A stretch of 54,758 nucleotides of DNA, counting the filler, from Sluysia triapertura (lineage: Eukaryota): NCBI GenBank assembly GCA_046118255.1. It is 4 parts of 4 records of this genome, joined end to end, with 100 filler letters (N's around TTAATTAATTAA, not from the genome) between each part and the next. Parts side by side here need not be neighbours in the genome. Positions count along the whole stretch, not along the records: positions 1 to 12,348 come from JBJNIA010117529.1; 3 more parts are not named here. One strand, written 5' to 3'. Below, piece after piece: positions 1 to 12,448 of the stretch. The translations under genes and the position numbers were made by a program. How positions within the stretch are numbered: the first letter of the stretch is position 1; each line of letters opens with the position of its first letter. The notes below the pieces were generated by a model that was given only the letters and a program-made list of their open reading frames with translations, did no database searches and had not been told where the DNA came from.

Positions 1-27
1 TATATTTATAAATTCATTTACTTATTT

Positions 28-730
28 ATGATGAACTGATATAAAATAATATAATAATACAAATGGAAAGACAAGAACAAACAATAAATCAAGTAAGAAA
101 CTTAGCATTGAAAGATTTTTATCTGCAAATAAATATTACTTTTAAAAATTTAAAGTTTATAGGGTTTATTTAAAATATCCGTTGAAAAATTAACTAATAT
201 TTTAGTAATAAGAGTCTACTTAAATGACCAAAACCTTATAAAATTAAATGTAGAAGTGAGTGTTCGGGGTAGATTAGATTCTGCGTGAAATCAATTAAAG
301 GAATTCTTCATCGGAATAGTAGAAATATAATTTGTCAATTAAAGTATTAAAATTTTCTTAAAATATCCTCGCAGTTCAACGTGTAGGGCAAAAATATATC
401 AGCCTGAATTAACTGTTTGAACTCGAGCTGAACTATCTTTAAACTATTAAGCTATTTTTACTTCGTTAATTAAACCGTCTAAATTATTTATATTTTTTAT
501 ATTGTTATATCACTCTGTATTATTCTGAATTTACTAAAGTACCTGAAAGTTCTTTTAATTTTACTATCATCATTTAACATTTTAAATAAACCCATAAACT
601 TTAAATTTTTAAAAGTAATATTTTATTAACAGATAAAAATCTTTCAATGCTAAGCATCTTACTTGATTTATTGTTTGTTCTTGTCTTTCCACTTGTATGA
701 TACAAATATTATTTTATATCAATTTATCAT
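28..730. repeat. Inverted duplication: arms about 28-176 and 579-730, separated by about 400 bp
   Basis: Reverse complement of 579-730 matches 28-176 with few substitutions (shared core GGAAAGACAAGAACAAACAATAAATCAAGTAAGA...AAAGTTTAT.GGGTTTATTTAAAA). Confidence 0.9.
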
Positions 731-2188
731 TTTGATCATAATCAAAAAACTCATGCCATCAAGTTTATTTGAATTGAAATATCCGCTTAGTGTCAATTCA
801 GTAAAACGTATTGGCGAAGAAATTAACATAATCATTACCGCCATAAGATTCAGTGTTACATCAAACACTCCAAATGATTTCAAGTTGTTTAAATTTTCAT
901 AAACAAATGCGCTATTTCATTTCATCATTTTATGTTAAAGAAAATTTCACGAAAATATAATACCATATAGATAGAATTTCACCTATATTGTTTATTGATA
1001 AATAATCGCTGAATTGGTTCTTTTTCAGTACGAACATTACCATAAGCAAGCTTAACAAAGAGACTAATAAAGTAAGTAGATAAATATTCATAGAATTGAT
1101 TCATAGTAGCCAAAATTTTATTAAAAATTAAAAATAAAATAAGCAAAATTATAAATAGCATTTGATAATTTTAATTTTATTTTTGAAAATGGATTGTAAC
1201 ACACTTTTCAGTGATTTCTTTCATTTCTTTTATGAATTTTTCTACGAAATCTGACAAAACATCATTACAAATTTTGCAACTAGCAAAATCATTTCTTCCT
1301 ACGTTTCTTGTATTAAATTTTCGCTTTGTTTACAAGCAAACACAATAATATTTTCTTGTGTGTATTGTAAATTAAGATTCTGTAACTTTATCTGATCCAA
1401 TTGATTTTCCAGTGAAGCACTTTTTATTTCCAACATTTCATTAGTCATTTCTAATTCTGTAAAAGCTGTGCGCATACTTTGCAAATGTGTTTCTAATTTA
1501 AACATCACATTTTTTTATTTTCAATGTTCTGATTTAGTTCCAAACGTAAATTTTGAATCTTTTTTTCTAATTCATCATTTTTGCTTGCAGATATTTTTGT
1601 TTTTGCCATTTACTCAAATTTACTTCGTTCACAAATTTTCAACTGTGATTGTACGTCAACTAATTCTTGTTTAAATTGGTTGATAATTTTCTCATTTGAA
1701 GCATAAATCAGGTTATTTCTTTCTAATTCGGCATAAGCACGTTCATGATCTTGGAACTTTGATTCCAAGTTAATTATTTCTTTATTTTGTTGCTTTATTT
1801 CTTGTTTACATTCATCATGTCTCAACACTTTAACGTTTCTCCATGCAATTTCGTATAAGTACCTTTTATTTTATTGAATTTTTATGTATTAACTGCATCA
1901 CATTTATGATTTTCATATTGTCGAATACGCTCTTCATAGTGATCCTTAAACTGTACAAGACCTTTAACTTCTTCTTCTAAAACTCGAATTCTAGCTAAAA
2001 GAGAATTTACTTTTTCACTGCATTCTGTTTTTATTTTCTCAATCAAATTTTTCAAATAATCAATTCCATTTTGTAATTGTTTGTCGTATAAGTGTAATTA
2101 ACAATAGAAATGTCAAAAACACCAACAGAAACACCTGTAAACCCACGAATAATAAAAAGGCTATCTTCTGGCAAAGATTCATAATCAT
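600..2188 (-). pseudogene. Decayed gene for an N-terminally membrane-anchored long coiled-coil protein (unidentified)
   Basis: Minus strand reads MIMNLCQKIAFLLFVGLQVFLLVFLTFLL*LHLYDKQLQNGIDYLKNLIEKIKTECSEKVNSLLARIRVLEEEVKG..., continuing through heptad-rich ORFs 1610-1828 and 1299-1508 with stops and frameshifts. A polypyrimidine-AG acceptor lies just upstream (about 2221-2230). The 3' limit is approximate. Confidence 0.5.
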
Positions 2189-3479
2189 CTTCCGTTCAGC
2201 ATATAAAGGAGCTTATTAAACTGTAAAAAAATAATTAACGATTTATCTATATAGCAATTTCATATTTTTTTGATTAATAGCTTTATAGTAGCTCTGAAGA
2301 ATGACCAATTTAAGCACAAAAGTAAATTGATCAGAATCACACATACATAAATATATACAAATTCATACAAACAAAAGAATAAAAAGATTAATTGTAAAAA
2401 TAACAGAAATCATAATGATAATAATAGAAATATAATATATTTAATGTGATGATGTTGATGGTATTGTGATATTATTTTAAGGACTATTATGCGAAATTAT
2501 TATAAAAATTATTATTACAATGGAATTCATGATAACAATAACCATAACTCATGATAATTATGTACAATGATTATGTCTGTTTTTCAATGAGTCAAGTAAT
2601 TTGTTTAGTGTTTTGTTAATGTAAGAAATGTTCGCATATGATGAAGTGTATTTGTAATTTTGATATTTGTAATTTTCCTACAATCATCATCATCATCATC
2701 ACTATCATCATCATAATTACCATCATTAAATAAATTAAAATATCCCACATCATCACATCTTGAAGAATTACTCTATATTAGTTGAAAGTTCTTGTTGAAG
2801 TTATTGATGTCTTAGTAGATTTATTTAAGATGAATATAGAGTTTTTTCTCTTTTGAATTGTTTAAACTAATTTTGTATTAAGAATATTCTCAAAAGTTCT
2901 GCGCTGCAATGTGATACTGAATAGTGTTAAGTGCATGTTATATGAAATATGATGTGTTTTTCAACTGAAAATGATTTTTCTATACTATGATTTAGTTTAA
3001 TGATTATGCTTACTGACTTAACGATTAACACGGTGTGTTAAGTAATTGAATAAGGTTTCCACAAAGAATGTAACAAGGAATATTCGATTATCTGAAGAAT
3101 GTGTCATTGCAGGTGAGTTTGGTGAATTAAATTGTCATGTAAAATGACTAAGATTGGAGATTTTTTGATATATTTAATGAGTTATTGATTTTGTCATGTA
3201 GAAATTAAAAAATAATAACATTGAGTCACCTCAAATTCTCATCCCTTTTAAGAACTGAGTTTCCATGGTTTCCATAATGAATTCGTTTCTCTTTCTTTGT
3301 GCTAGTTCACAATAGTTAGTAATTGTTTTGTAGAGGCTCCCAGTTCATTTCTGTTATTATTATTACTGTCAAGGATAAAATTTGTGGGAAAAAGGCAAAG
3401 TTGGTTGATAACTTCAAATTGTTTTGTTCTCTATATATTTAGGTAGTTCAGACTGGTGATATAAAATCAATGAATTCCC

Positions 3480-3730
3480 GTTTTTCTATTAAAAAGTTGT
3501 CAAAATTGCGGGATCTAGATCTGGTGAGTATGGAGGATTATGAAAAGTTCAACTCCAATTCCAGATATCCAACTTTTCACTTTAATGAAATGATCTAAAT
3601 GACTTAATATTCTTTATTTGCTAATACCAAACTTCAGATTCTACTGACCTTTGATTCTGAGATAAAAGTTACCTGTGCGAAATTTAGAGAGCCAATTTGA
3701 CTGTCATTATGTAGTAACACTAGAACCAAT
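3480..3730 (-). mobile_element. Mariner transposase relic
   Basis: Minus strand 3509-3560 gives (GVEL)FHNPPYSPDLDP, matching the mariner HPPYSPDLAP motif; upstream VLLHND resembles the LLHDN motif. Frameshifted. Confidence 0.7.
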
Positions 3731-3973
3731 ATATTTTTAGTGTTTTGCGCGACCTGTAATGCCATGGTTCCACGTAAGAACTCATGCATCATAATAATAT
3801 GAATTTCCAACCATTCAATTTTTAACAAAATTAATTTTAAGCTTTTTATAATGTTTTCAATAATTTTTTATAAGTAACAATGATACCTTTAGACGGATCA
3901 CATATGTATCTTTCCAACAAAAAAGCAGAACGCTAAAATATTAAGTCAGTGTCAATACAATATAATACAACAT

Positions 3974-4127
3974 NNNNNNNNNNNNNNNNNNNNNNNNNNN
4001 NNNNNNNNNNNNNNNNNNNNNNNNNNNNNNNNNNNNNNNNNNNNNNNNNNNNNNNNNNNNNNNNNNNNNNNNNNNNNNNNNNNNNNNNNNNNNNNNNNNN
4101 NNNNNNNNNNNNNNNNNNNNNNNNNNN
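3974..4127. other. Assembly gap (154 N)
   Basis: Run of N. Confidence 1.
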
Positions 4128-4924
4128 ATAATATATTATGCTGTGGTTTTTCTACGGCAAAATATTTTTGAGCAGGGTCCGGTTATAGTAAACGTCTTAC
4201 AACGTATAATTTGTGTTTCTGTAACTAATAAAAAGTAACGCATCTAACTAACAAATTAATGGTAGAGGGTCTTATAATCACTCAATATTATTAAATAATT
4301 AAACAACGTAAAATTACTAATTCTTTTATTAAAAAATGCAAATATTCAAATCACTTAAGACACTAGATTACAAAGATAAAATAATTAATTTAAAGATCAA
4401 AGCTCCGTGAGCGTTTAATCTAGTGCTAATCGAGTTTACGTAGATTTTACCACTCAATATAACGGGAGGCAAAAACTTTATAAATTGATATATATTTTAC
4501 TTGGATTTTATTATTTTAACTTCGAAAGTTAAAATCGCCCTTAAAAATATATAATTTACCAAAAATTGATCGAAATTATGACAATTACTAAAACTCACAA
4601 TTATCTTGAATCATACGTGAGATTGACAAATTTGTAATTTCCAAAATGGCGACGATAAAATGGTGATTTTCATTGTATTGATGCTAGTTTATATACTAAT
4701 CATCATCCAATGAAAATCAATGGAATGTTCTAGAATATTAATTTTTGGAAAATCATTTTCTTTTTTGGAAAATAATTGTTTTAAAGTAATTTTAAAGATT
4801 AATAAATAGTTTTAAGACGCTTTATATGATTTTAATTAATTTTTAGATAGTTTTAAATAATTTTTAAGTGTAATTAAGACAATTTTAAATTATTTTGTAG
4901 GGTTGTGATGACAACCTAAAAATG

Positions 4925-5015
4925 TAATATATTGTATAATATAATACAATATAATGTAACATAATATAATATAATTCAATACAATATAATATAATACATA
5001 ATATAATATAATTTA
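4925..5015. repeat. Degenerate (TATAA)n pentanucleotide microsatellite
   Basis: ataatacaatataatgtaacataatataatataattcaatacaatataat... Confidence 0.8.
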
Positions 5016-5109
5016 TTTTTGTTTTATTGATTTAGGTCGGATACTAAATGAGCCCATCAGGTACCTATATTTTCTCTTCATTCACGCAACATTAATAAAG
5101 ATTTATAAA

Positions 5110-5328
5110 TTAAAACAAACTGCTTGAGTCTGAATTAAACCAGCAGAATGATAAGAACAAACAAACAGCTGCAGTCATGGAAAATAAATATATACAAAGA
5201 ACAGTATAACTCTTTCCATCACATTCTTTACCACAACATGCGGCATTGTTGTTTGTGTTGCCACCATAAAATGATTTCTTTTTGATTTGCGATCTAAAGT
5301 TGGAATTTATAAAATATTGCATATTCAT
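5110..5328 (-). CDS. Probable terminal exon encoding a Cys-containing segment and a C-terminal hydrophobic (TM-like) helix; upstream exons not identified
   Basis: Open frame ...AACCGKECDGKSYTVLCIYLFSMTAAVCLFLSFCWF..., immediately preceded on the minus strand by a tttatttag acceptor. Confidence 0.4.
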   Translation of the reverse strand: MNMQYFINSNFRSQIKKKSFYGGNTNNNAACCGKECDGKSYTVLCIYLFSMTAAVCLFLSFCWFNSDSSSLF

Positions 5329-5393
5329 CTAAATAAATAAGTAAATAAATAACTAAATATTGATTTCGAACATGGATTGAAAACAGAAATACT

Positions 5394-5721
5394 TATATAT
5401 TGGTGCATAAGTTCGTGCGGTTTTTTACAATTATGAAAAATGCATACTGATCAAGAATAAAAACCAAAATCAATTTATTAAATCAGTAGAAAAAGCAAAT
5501 ATCTCAATCTGAATCGGTGAGACATTCTCCGCCACAATCGATCACTACCTTCCACCATTCTAGCAGTTTGTTAATGACACTTTTGAAGAAGTTTTGTGAT
5601 TTTCGAATAAACACTTTTGTGCTATTCGTTCGCTGAGTGAGCGAATATAACTCAAAACAAGAAGTTGATGTGTTTTCTTTGTAACAAATAAAACCGCTCG
5701 AATTTATGCACCAACCTAATA
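5394..5721 (-). mobile_element. Internally deleted mariner element with both TIRs
   Basis: TIRs (A)TTGGTGCATAAGTTCGTGCGGTTTT at about 5399-5424 and AAACCGCTCGAATTTATGCACCAACCTAATA at 5691-5721 (mariner TTAGGTTGGTGCA type). Internal minus-strand VINKLLEWWKVVIDCGGECL matches the mariner C-terminus (I..L..RW.KV.D..G.Y). Confidence 0.85.
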
Positions 5722-5723
5722 AG

Positions 5724-5726
<3 letters not shown>

Positions 5727-5765
<39 letters not shown>

Positions 5766-5795
5766 GTAATAATAATAATTATAATAATAATAATA
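5727..5795. repeat. (TAA)n microsatellite
   Basis: Direct inspection. Confidence 0.95.
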
Positions 5796-6207
5796 AATTA
5801 ATTTATACAGTGCTAATATTCTACTATAAAAAGTACTGAAAAGCATTTAGAATACAACTCTTCAACATTTCAAATTTTTCCAATGACTTATCCGGTAGTT
5901 GGCTGCATATTTTTCAAATATAAACGGCACAAATTTATATTAGTATTTCAAAGTTATAGTAAAGTGTTCATAAGAAAATGTTCTTTAAACATGAGAAGTC
6001 TAATTTTAAGTACAAGTTTTAATACAATTATTCTTTTATTTTAATGATATTACTATTAGACGACAAAATAGTAAATTTTTTATTAATGCAAAAAACAGTC
6101 TTAACAAGAGTAGTATGTTCTAATATCTTATATTAAATATATTTTATTTTTTCGGTGTTAAAAATTTTTTATTAAAAAAATTTACTTTATTATTTTTATT
6201 TTAGTCT

Positions 6208-6266
6208 TTAGGCGTCGCGAAAAAATTTGCACTCGTAAAGTGGGTCGCAGCGCAAAACGTGTGAAG
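6208..6266 (+). mobile_element. Degenerate hAT (Buster/Charlie-like) subterminal 3' end
   Basis: Paired G(C/G)GTCGC motifs followed by AAAACGTGTGAAG, same layout as the clearer hAT end at 43550-43616. Confidence 0.35.
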
Positions 6267-6749
6267 ATTTATTTTTAGAAATTTAAGGGTTCTTTAATTA
6301 ATTCATATGTTATGATTAAATTTGCTGATGTAATGAATTAATTTTATTTCTTTATTTCCACAATGTAGCATTACACGGACTAACGAAACATTGGGGTAGA
6401 CGAATTTATAAAATTATTTATTTAAAATTTCATAAACATCCCACAATTCATAAAGAATACAATCTCAAATCTCAACCATTGTTAATCACATTGCCGTGGT
6501 GGACCAACCGATAAAGTTTGAATTTTTAGCTCAAAAATTCTCTAAAATTACCATAAATAAATATACATCATCTTATCAAATATAAAATACAGTACAATTA
6601 ACCTTACTATACACAATACACAATTATTAAAATGTATTCCATAAGTTATGCAATAAATAATTGAAAGTACATCAGTAAAACTAAAAGAAATAGTTTGAAC
6701 AAAAGAAATGCAGGCTGTTTTTTGTTTATCTTTTACCAGCTTATTTCAT

Positions 6750-7020
6750 TATTTGGTTTTTGTCAAGCTGCTGCTAAATCAGTTCTAGAAATAAATGGGT
6801 TTGTACACACTGATAAAACTTTGTACCTTGATAAAGCATTAAATAAAGCAGAAAGGCAAAAAGAATTAAAAGTGAAACGAATGGCACAATATAAGAGTGG
6901 CTTGAATGAGTGCATTAAAAATTTGAGAAGTGACATAAAAATCGGCTTCGGCATTAATTTCAAATGTATGGAAACATTGAATGCAAAGTTGAAAATGATG
7001 GAAAGATCTGAAGAGTAGAA
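6750..7020 (+). pseudogene. PABPC1: Decayed fragment of cytoplasmic poly(A)-binding protein (RRM3 end, linker, RRM4 start)
   Basis: FGFC..AAAKSVLEINGFVHTDKTLYLDKALNKAERQKELK-VKRMAQYKSGLNECIKNL aligns by eye to PABP AQKAVDEMNG...IYVGRAQKKVERQTELKRK...RYQGVNLYVKNL. Intronless, with deletions and a degraded RNP2. Confidence 0.7.
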
Positions 7021-9834
7021 ACTTGATACTTGCTTTATGCGCATTTGGCACATTCATGTTACACTAAGAATATAATAAGAATATAATGATAATAATAATT
7101 GTTATAATTATAATAATTAATAATAATTTAATAAAAATCAAAATGGCCTTCTGTCTCAATGATAAATGCACGAGAATTAATATTGGCTATCAAGCTAATT
7201 ACATATACATCCTTTTCAGCTACGTCGATGTGTGGGTAATTGGCTACATTGAATTGCTAAAATAATTAGTTAAAAAATTATAATTAATACATGTAAAACT
7301 ATTAGATATCTTGTGTTGAATATAGTTGAATATATTGCAATTAATAAAATGCAGAAAATACTCCTAAAGAATTAAATGAAAAATTACAAGAAAAATGTTA
7401 TATGCTCCAAGAATAACTGAAAGTTATCAAGCGTCAGAAGTTTGTAAAAATATTGTACATAAATAAGTGTTCAACAAGAGTTTTAATTTGATGTCTCTAC
7501 ACTCATTAAAATTATTAAAATTATTGCAAGTCCTTAGTGACGTTCCTACTTAACAGAAACAAAAATAAACTAGATATTCGTGGAAATTTAATTGAAAAAT
7601 TGTTAGAAATGTTCCAAATATCTAGATGTAAAGGTGTTAAAGTTCAGAATAATTTGAGTAATGTTAGGGAAGGTTTAGTAATTGGTAAACTATCCTGTTC
7701 TTGATTGGTTATTAATTCCAGTTCCAGAACTACGAAGATGTGCTTCTCTAACTCGTATTGATTCAAGTTACACGAATTCCTACATGACCAAATTGCAAAA
7801 TTGTATGATCAGAATGATACATCTTTATACAATTCAAATAATTTTTCATCTTCCCTCAGTAAGAATGTTAAGAAGCTGTACAAGTGTCTTTTTCAAGTGA
7901 CGAATTTTCTGAGACCGGTAACACTAGTGAAGTGACAAATGTTGATGCAATTAAGTGACGAATATCAAAAAAATATTTCAATTCAATGAATTCTCTGATT
8001 CAGTAAAAGATGAAGCAATTTCAATATCAGTCTATCTGGAAAACCAGTTATTCTAGATATGGTAAAATAGTCAAACTATTGCTCTTAGTCGCGCTATGAA
8101 GGTCATTCTTTTCTATTTTTCCTCAATGAAAGCTGGAAGGCATGCATTCGTTTTCTTAGGAAGTTTTATGTGATATTGGTAAATGTTGAATGATTGTTCA
8201 ACAAATCTTTAAGATCAGACTTCGAGTATGCTAACTTTTCGTACAAATGAACGAACATTTAAAGTTAGACGTTTTTATTATTGTGTGATTTGAATTTTTG
8301 ATAAAATTTTTAAATGTCATTTTTTATTTTGGGTCATCTTTGACCCCGGATTAATAATTTCAAAAATAAAACAAAGTTATTCTTAATGAAGTTTTAGTAA
8401 TGGAATTGTTTAATCTGTTTATAAATATTAATTTTAATGTATTTACTTATAAAACTTATATTACAAGTCATAATAAAATTAACAAAATTGTGAGTTTAGG
8501 ATAGATCCTGTTATTAATATAAAATTTATAAATGAAATCAAATATCACTTGGTAAATTCCATCGAAGTAATTACAAAATCAAATCAAGGTTATAACTTGG
8601 CAACGATTTTGCACCTTAAACATAATTATACTCAACATTCATTAATTTCCTTGCAATACCTAATGATAATCTCAAATTCGAGTTTGCATAACATTTAGTT
8701 TAACATTGTGAGGTATCTATTACAATGAATAGTAATCTATGTCACAAGCATTTATCGACTACGATGATACACATAATTAGAATACTTTACTTAATGCAAC
8801 ATATTCGTAATCATTTTATGAGATGTTAATAATTGCTTCGTTTTTTTTCGTTTAGCTTCTTTGTCATGTTCAACAAAAAGTTCGTGTTTCCCTATATATT
8901 ATACAACATCTCATTTTGCCCAGTTCAAGACCGCATAACCTATGAATTTCAAATACATATCATTTTAATACATTAACTATACAAAATTGGAGTCATAAGT
9001 AATCTTGAACATTACAAAACTTACAATTCATAAAACACAAAACAAAACTCTTAATTTCAGTCACATAATCTAATTTATAAATTCACTTCGTATCCATGCT
9101 TTTTTAAATCAAACGACACTATTTCATAAAAGAAAATCTGCACATTACGCTATTCAATTCATTCACCAAGTCCGTAAACAGACACAAATTTGATATATCT
9201 AAATTTCAAACACTAAATCGAAGAAGACTCGATTATGAAACAATGTTATTTGTTATCAATAAATGAATAATTAGTTTATTCTACCTTTATTAGTAAATTT
9301 TCGAATATTTGATATTTTCATTAATTAGTAATTACACTTTTCAACAACACTTTCATATTCGAAGTTCATTCAAAATCTGCAGCAAGGACAATTCATTAAA
9401 ATACATTTCAAATTATTGTGAACTTTAGCTACTGTATTTGGTGATCCAGAACTTTAATTCGCCATTTATAAATATTTACACAAAAAATATTAATTCATAT
9501 TCAATCATTCTGTATTACTGTACTTCCGCATTCCTAATAACTTTCTATGCAATACAAATCTTTATATAAAATATTTATTAAAATTAAATCCTATTAAATA
9601 TAATTATAATTATAATTATAATTATAATAATAATTATTATTATTGTTTAATTTTATTATTATACTTGAATTTTGTTACTTTCTTTACTAAATTTTCTTAT
9701 TTTCATTAATTTTATTATATTTTTAGTTATTCATTATTATATAATTTTTATTTTTCCTTTATTACTCGTAAGTTTCTTTCGTTTATGTATTCACTTATTT
9801 CTATTTCAAACCCTTTCAAAATGTTTCTTTATGC

Positions 9835-10102
9835 ATATCTGATTTCTGATTGAAAAGAGATGTTATTTGATTTCAAAGAATTGATCAGATATGTGGGAAA
9901 AATGAATTATGGGTTTACAATTTAAATAGAATACTCATCGTAAAACCTCTTATTGAGTCTTGTGGGGTTGGCCAGACTGTTTCACAAGTTGACGTTACTT
10001 TTACTCAACGTAATTATAATAATGTTACCGACGCATTAGGCGATTAACAAAGATTAACAAAGACAGTATTTCTACTATTTTATTTAAATCTGCATTGCTA
10101 GA
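9835..10102 (+). mobile_element. Non-LTR (RTE-like) reverse transcriptase relic, cut at 10103 by the TGTGGTGG repeat
   Basis: 10063-10100 encodes DSISTILFKSALL, similar to the QGD.LS..LFN.AL RT motif; heavily decayed upstream. Confidence 0.5.
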
Positions 10103-10950
10103 TGTGGTGGCCAACCTATTGCCTTAACAAATTTTATTAAAAATTTATATTTCATATTTCTCAATAATTCATCTTTTTACATAAGTTTTTGCCAATATAA
10201 CACTCACTCCCAAAATCTACAACTCACATTTTCAAATTCACAACTAACACAAAAATAATTAAAATCGTATTCGTTCAAAACCACACAACAACCGTGTAAA
10301 ATTAGTTACAACCGTTTTTATACCTTAATTCATTTCTCATTCACCAAAATAAACTCTCGCTTGTCAAAACATTTCAAATCTTCAACCTTATAACATTCAA
10401 ACCACAATCACATACAATACCACCAAATTACACTAAGAAATTCATTAAAAATATTTTATTCGTCATTTCAGAACAATCTAACCACACCCACTTTCGAAAT
10501 TAACAATCAGACATCTTCAAACTAATTCAAACATTCTAAATTCATAATCTGCATCTTTTAATTCTCAACAGCACATAAAGACATCACTACTTAAACATAT
10601 CAAGAAAATAAATCACATTTTAAACATTCTATAATCATTGTTGCGTACATTCTAAAATTTAGACTATAATTTATCTTCTTTATATTCACTAAACCACACT
10701 CTTCTAAATGTATCTTTAGGTCACAATCTCCTAACGTTCAAACATTGTCTTCAGTTAGGGGAATTGATCGACATCTAAAAATTCATCTTAAACGTCCTAC
10801 ACATTACGGCTCAACATCATAAACATACAATTCTTCAAGGCTATCCTTTTTTAATAAATTTAAATATGTCGAGAAGTTAAGATGTAAAAGAAAGTTCACA
10901 TTTGTTCTAGGAAACAGAGAATTTATGCGTTTTTGGATAATAATAATAAC
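10103..10950 (+). repeat. Unclassified dispersed repeat (TGTGGTGGCCAACC family), long copy
   Basis: Starts TGTGGTGGCCAACC; the C/A-rich body is homologous to the reverse complement of about 52320-53400 (e.g. ATATCAAGAAAATAAATCACATTTT, AGACTATAA.TTATCTTCTTTA) and shares its distal part (AATATGTCGAGAA...AAAAGAAA) with 24690-25340; ends in a short (TAA)n. Confidence 0.85.
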
Positions 10951-11029
10951 ATTTATTATTATATTATCACCATTTTTAATTTTTATTATTATTTTTTATT
11001 AATTCAATGATAGACGAATAATTAACTGG

Positions 11030-11222
11030 GTAGCTGCCATCATCAGCAGTGACAATTTTAATTTACATTTATAATTCGATGTCACTGTTGATGATGGTTG
11101 TCATCACAATGTAATTTGGTCACTCTTCATTTTTGTTGTTAATTTGTGTGTTTCTACTGGCCATCCAACCAGAACAAGTATCAGTGCTTCTATCATTTCA
11201 ATACTTCTGGTTGGATGACCGA
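11030..11222. repeat. Two adjacent hairpin-forming inverted repeats
   Basis: CCATCATCAGCAGTGACA...TGTCACTGTTGATGATGG (about 11037-11098) and GGCCATCCAACCAGAA...TTCTGGTTGGATGACC (11159-11220). Confidence 0.85.
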
Positions 11223-11458
11223 TCAAGAATTACTAAACATCAATTGTGCTTGTATGTAAAGTTAAAATATGACAGCATACTCAATTATTGATACGTATTA
11301 GAAAAATCCAAATAAATCAACCTATTATATTTACATTAATGTCGCTAAATCAATACTAAAGAATAATTTTAAAAAACATTTCATCGATTTATTGTTCTAA
11401 AGTAACTAAAACAATATATTAGTTTATTAATATAGTCTAACAATACTGAAACTTATTT

Positions 11459-11968
11459 ATGCTGTCTGCTAAATCTAAACGCTATGAAAGGTTTGACGCT
11501 GGAAGTGAATTAATAAACGACACTGATTTTATTAAGGATTACAAAGATAAAGATTATAAACATTTTGATGATGAGTACCAAGTTAACGAGTATAAAGATG
11601 ATGACTACGAACTTAACGGTAACAAAGCTGATAATTACAAAGCTAACAATAATAAAGTTGGTGATTATGAAGCTAACAATGATGAAGATGATGATTGTGA
11701 AACCAATAATAACGAAGATGATGATTGTAAAGTTGATAGTGACAGAGATGATGTTTATGAAGTTGACGATAATAAAGACGATGATTCCCAAGTTTACAAT
11801 TGTAAAGGTGACGACTACGAACTTAACGATTATAAAAATAACGATTACGAAGCTATCGATAAAAAAGATGATTATTACGAAGTTAACGGTAGCAAAGATT
11901 ATGATTACGAAGCTAACATGATTGCCTTTTGTCCATTCGCCACGGATAAATATGGCATATGTCTATAG
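11459..11968 (+). CDS. Asp/Asn-rich ORF built on a 30-bp (10-aa) tandem repeat, followed by a Cys-containing tail; possibly a pseudogene
   Basis: About 11-12 units resembling DDYEVNNNKD at 11570-11920. After TAG 11966-11968 the frame continues NGSHCCYANTVYG, and a GT..AG intron-like stretch lies at about 12137-12189. Confidence 0.45.
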   Translation: MLSAKSKRYERFDAGSELINDTDFIKDYKDKDYKHFDDEYQVNEYKDDDYELNGNKADNYKANNNKVGDYEANNDEDDDCETNNNEDDDCKVDSDRDDVYEVDDNKDDDSQVYNCKGDDYELNDYKNNDYEAIDKKDDYYEVNGSKDYDYEANMIAFCPFATDKYGICL

Positions 11969-12348
11969 AATGGAAGTCATTGTTGTTACGCCAATACAGT
12001 ATATGGATTAGAATCTAACAAAAGATTCAAACAAGTAGTGATCTTCAATCAGCAAGAATAGTTGGACTATTCGGAAGTCTTGGAGCATTAACAATCAATT
12101 CAACCAACAGCAGCTTAACGAGGGATAATCGAAAAGTAAATAATCTTTCTATTTACATTCGTAATGTTATGAATTTTTATATTTTTTAGATCATGAGCAT
12201 GGAATAGTGGAAGACATATGCAGGATGTAAACTTGAAACTACAAAAAATAAATTTTTATGTAATTTTTATTTCTTTTTTATTAAACGGAATGTAGTAAAT
12301 CATTTTTATTTCGAAGACTTAAAAGAAAAATTTTTAATAAACTCGGAT

Positions 12349-12448
12349 NNNNNNNNNNNNNNNNNNNNNNNNNNNNNNNNNNNNNNNNNNNNTTAATTAA
12401 TTAANNNNNNNNNNNNNNNNNNNNNNNNNNNNNNNNNNNNNNNNNNNN
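12349..12448. other. Artificial scaffold spacer N44-TTAATTAATTAA-N44
   Basis: Exactly 100 nt, stops in all six frames, identical at 29299 and 43408. Confidence 0.97.

Noticed and set aside
5652-5846. Poly-Tyr ORF
   Set aside because: Translation of a (TAA)n microsatellite and a mariner TIR.
7680-8350. piggyBac 5' end suggested by the palindrome GGGTCATCTTTGACCC at 8331
   Set aside because: No TTAA-CCC terminus or recognisable transposase motif found; evidence insufficient.
11510-11921. Overlapping I/M/K/T-rich ORFs in other frames
   Set aside because: Shadow frames of the 30-bp repeat.
12393-12404. Conserved TTAATTAATTAA motif as a biological element
   Set aside because: Centred in exactly 44+44 N three times; an artificial six-frame stop linker.
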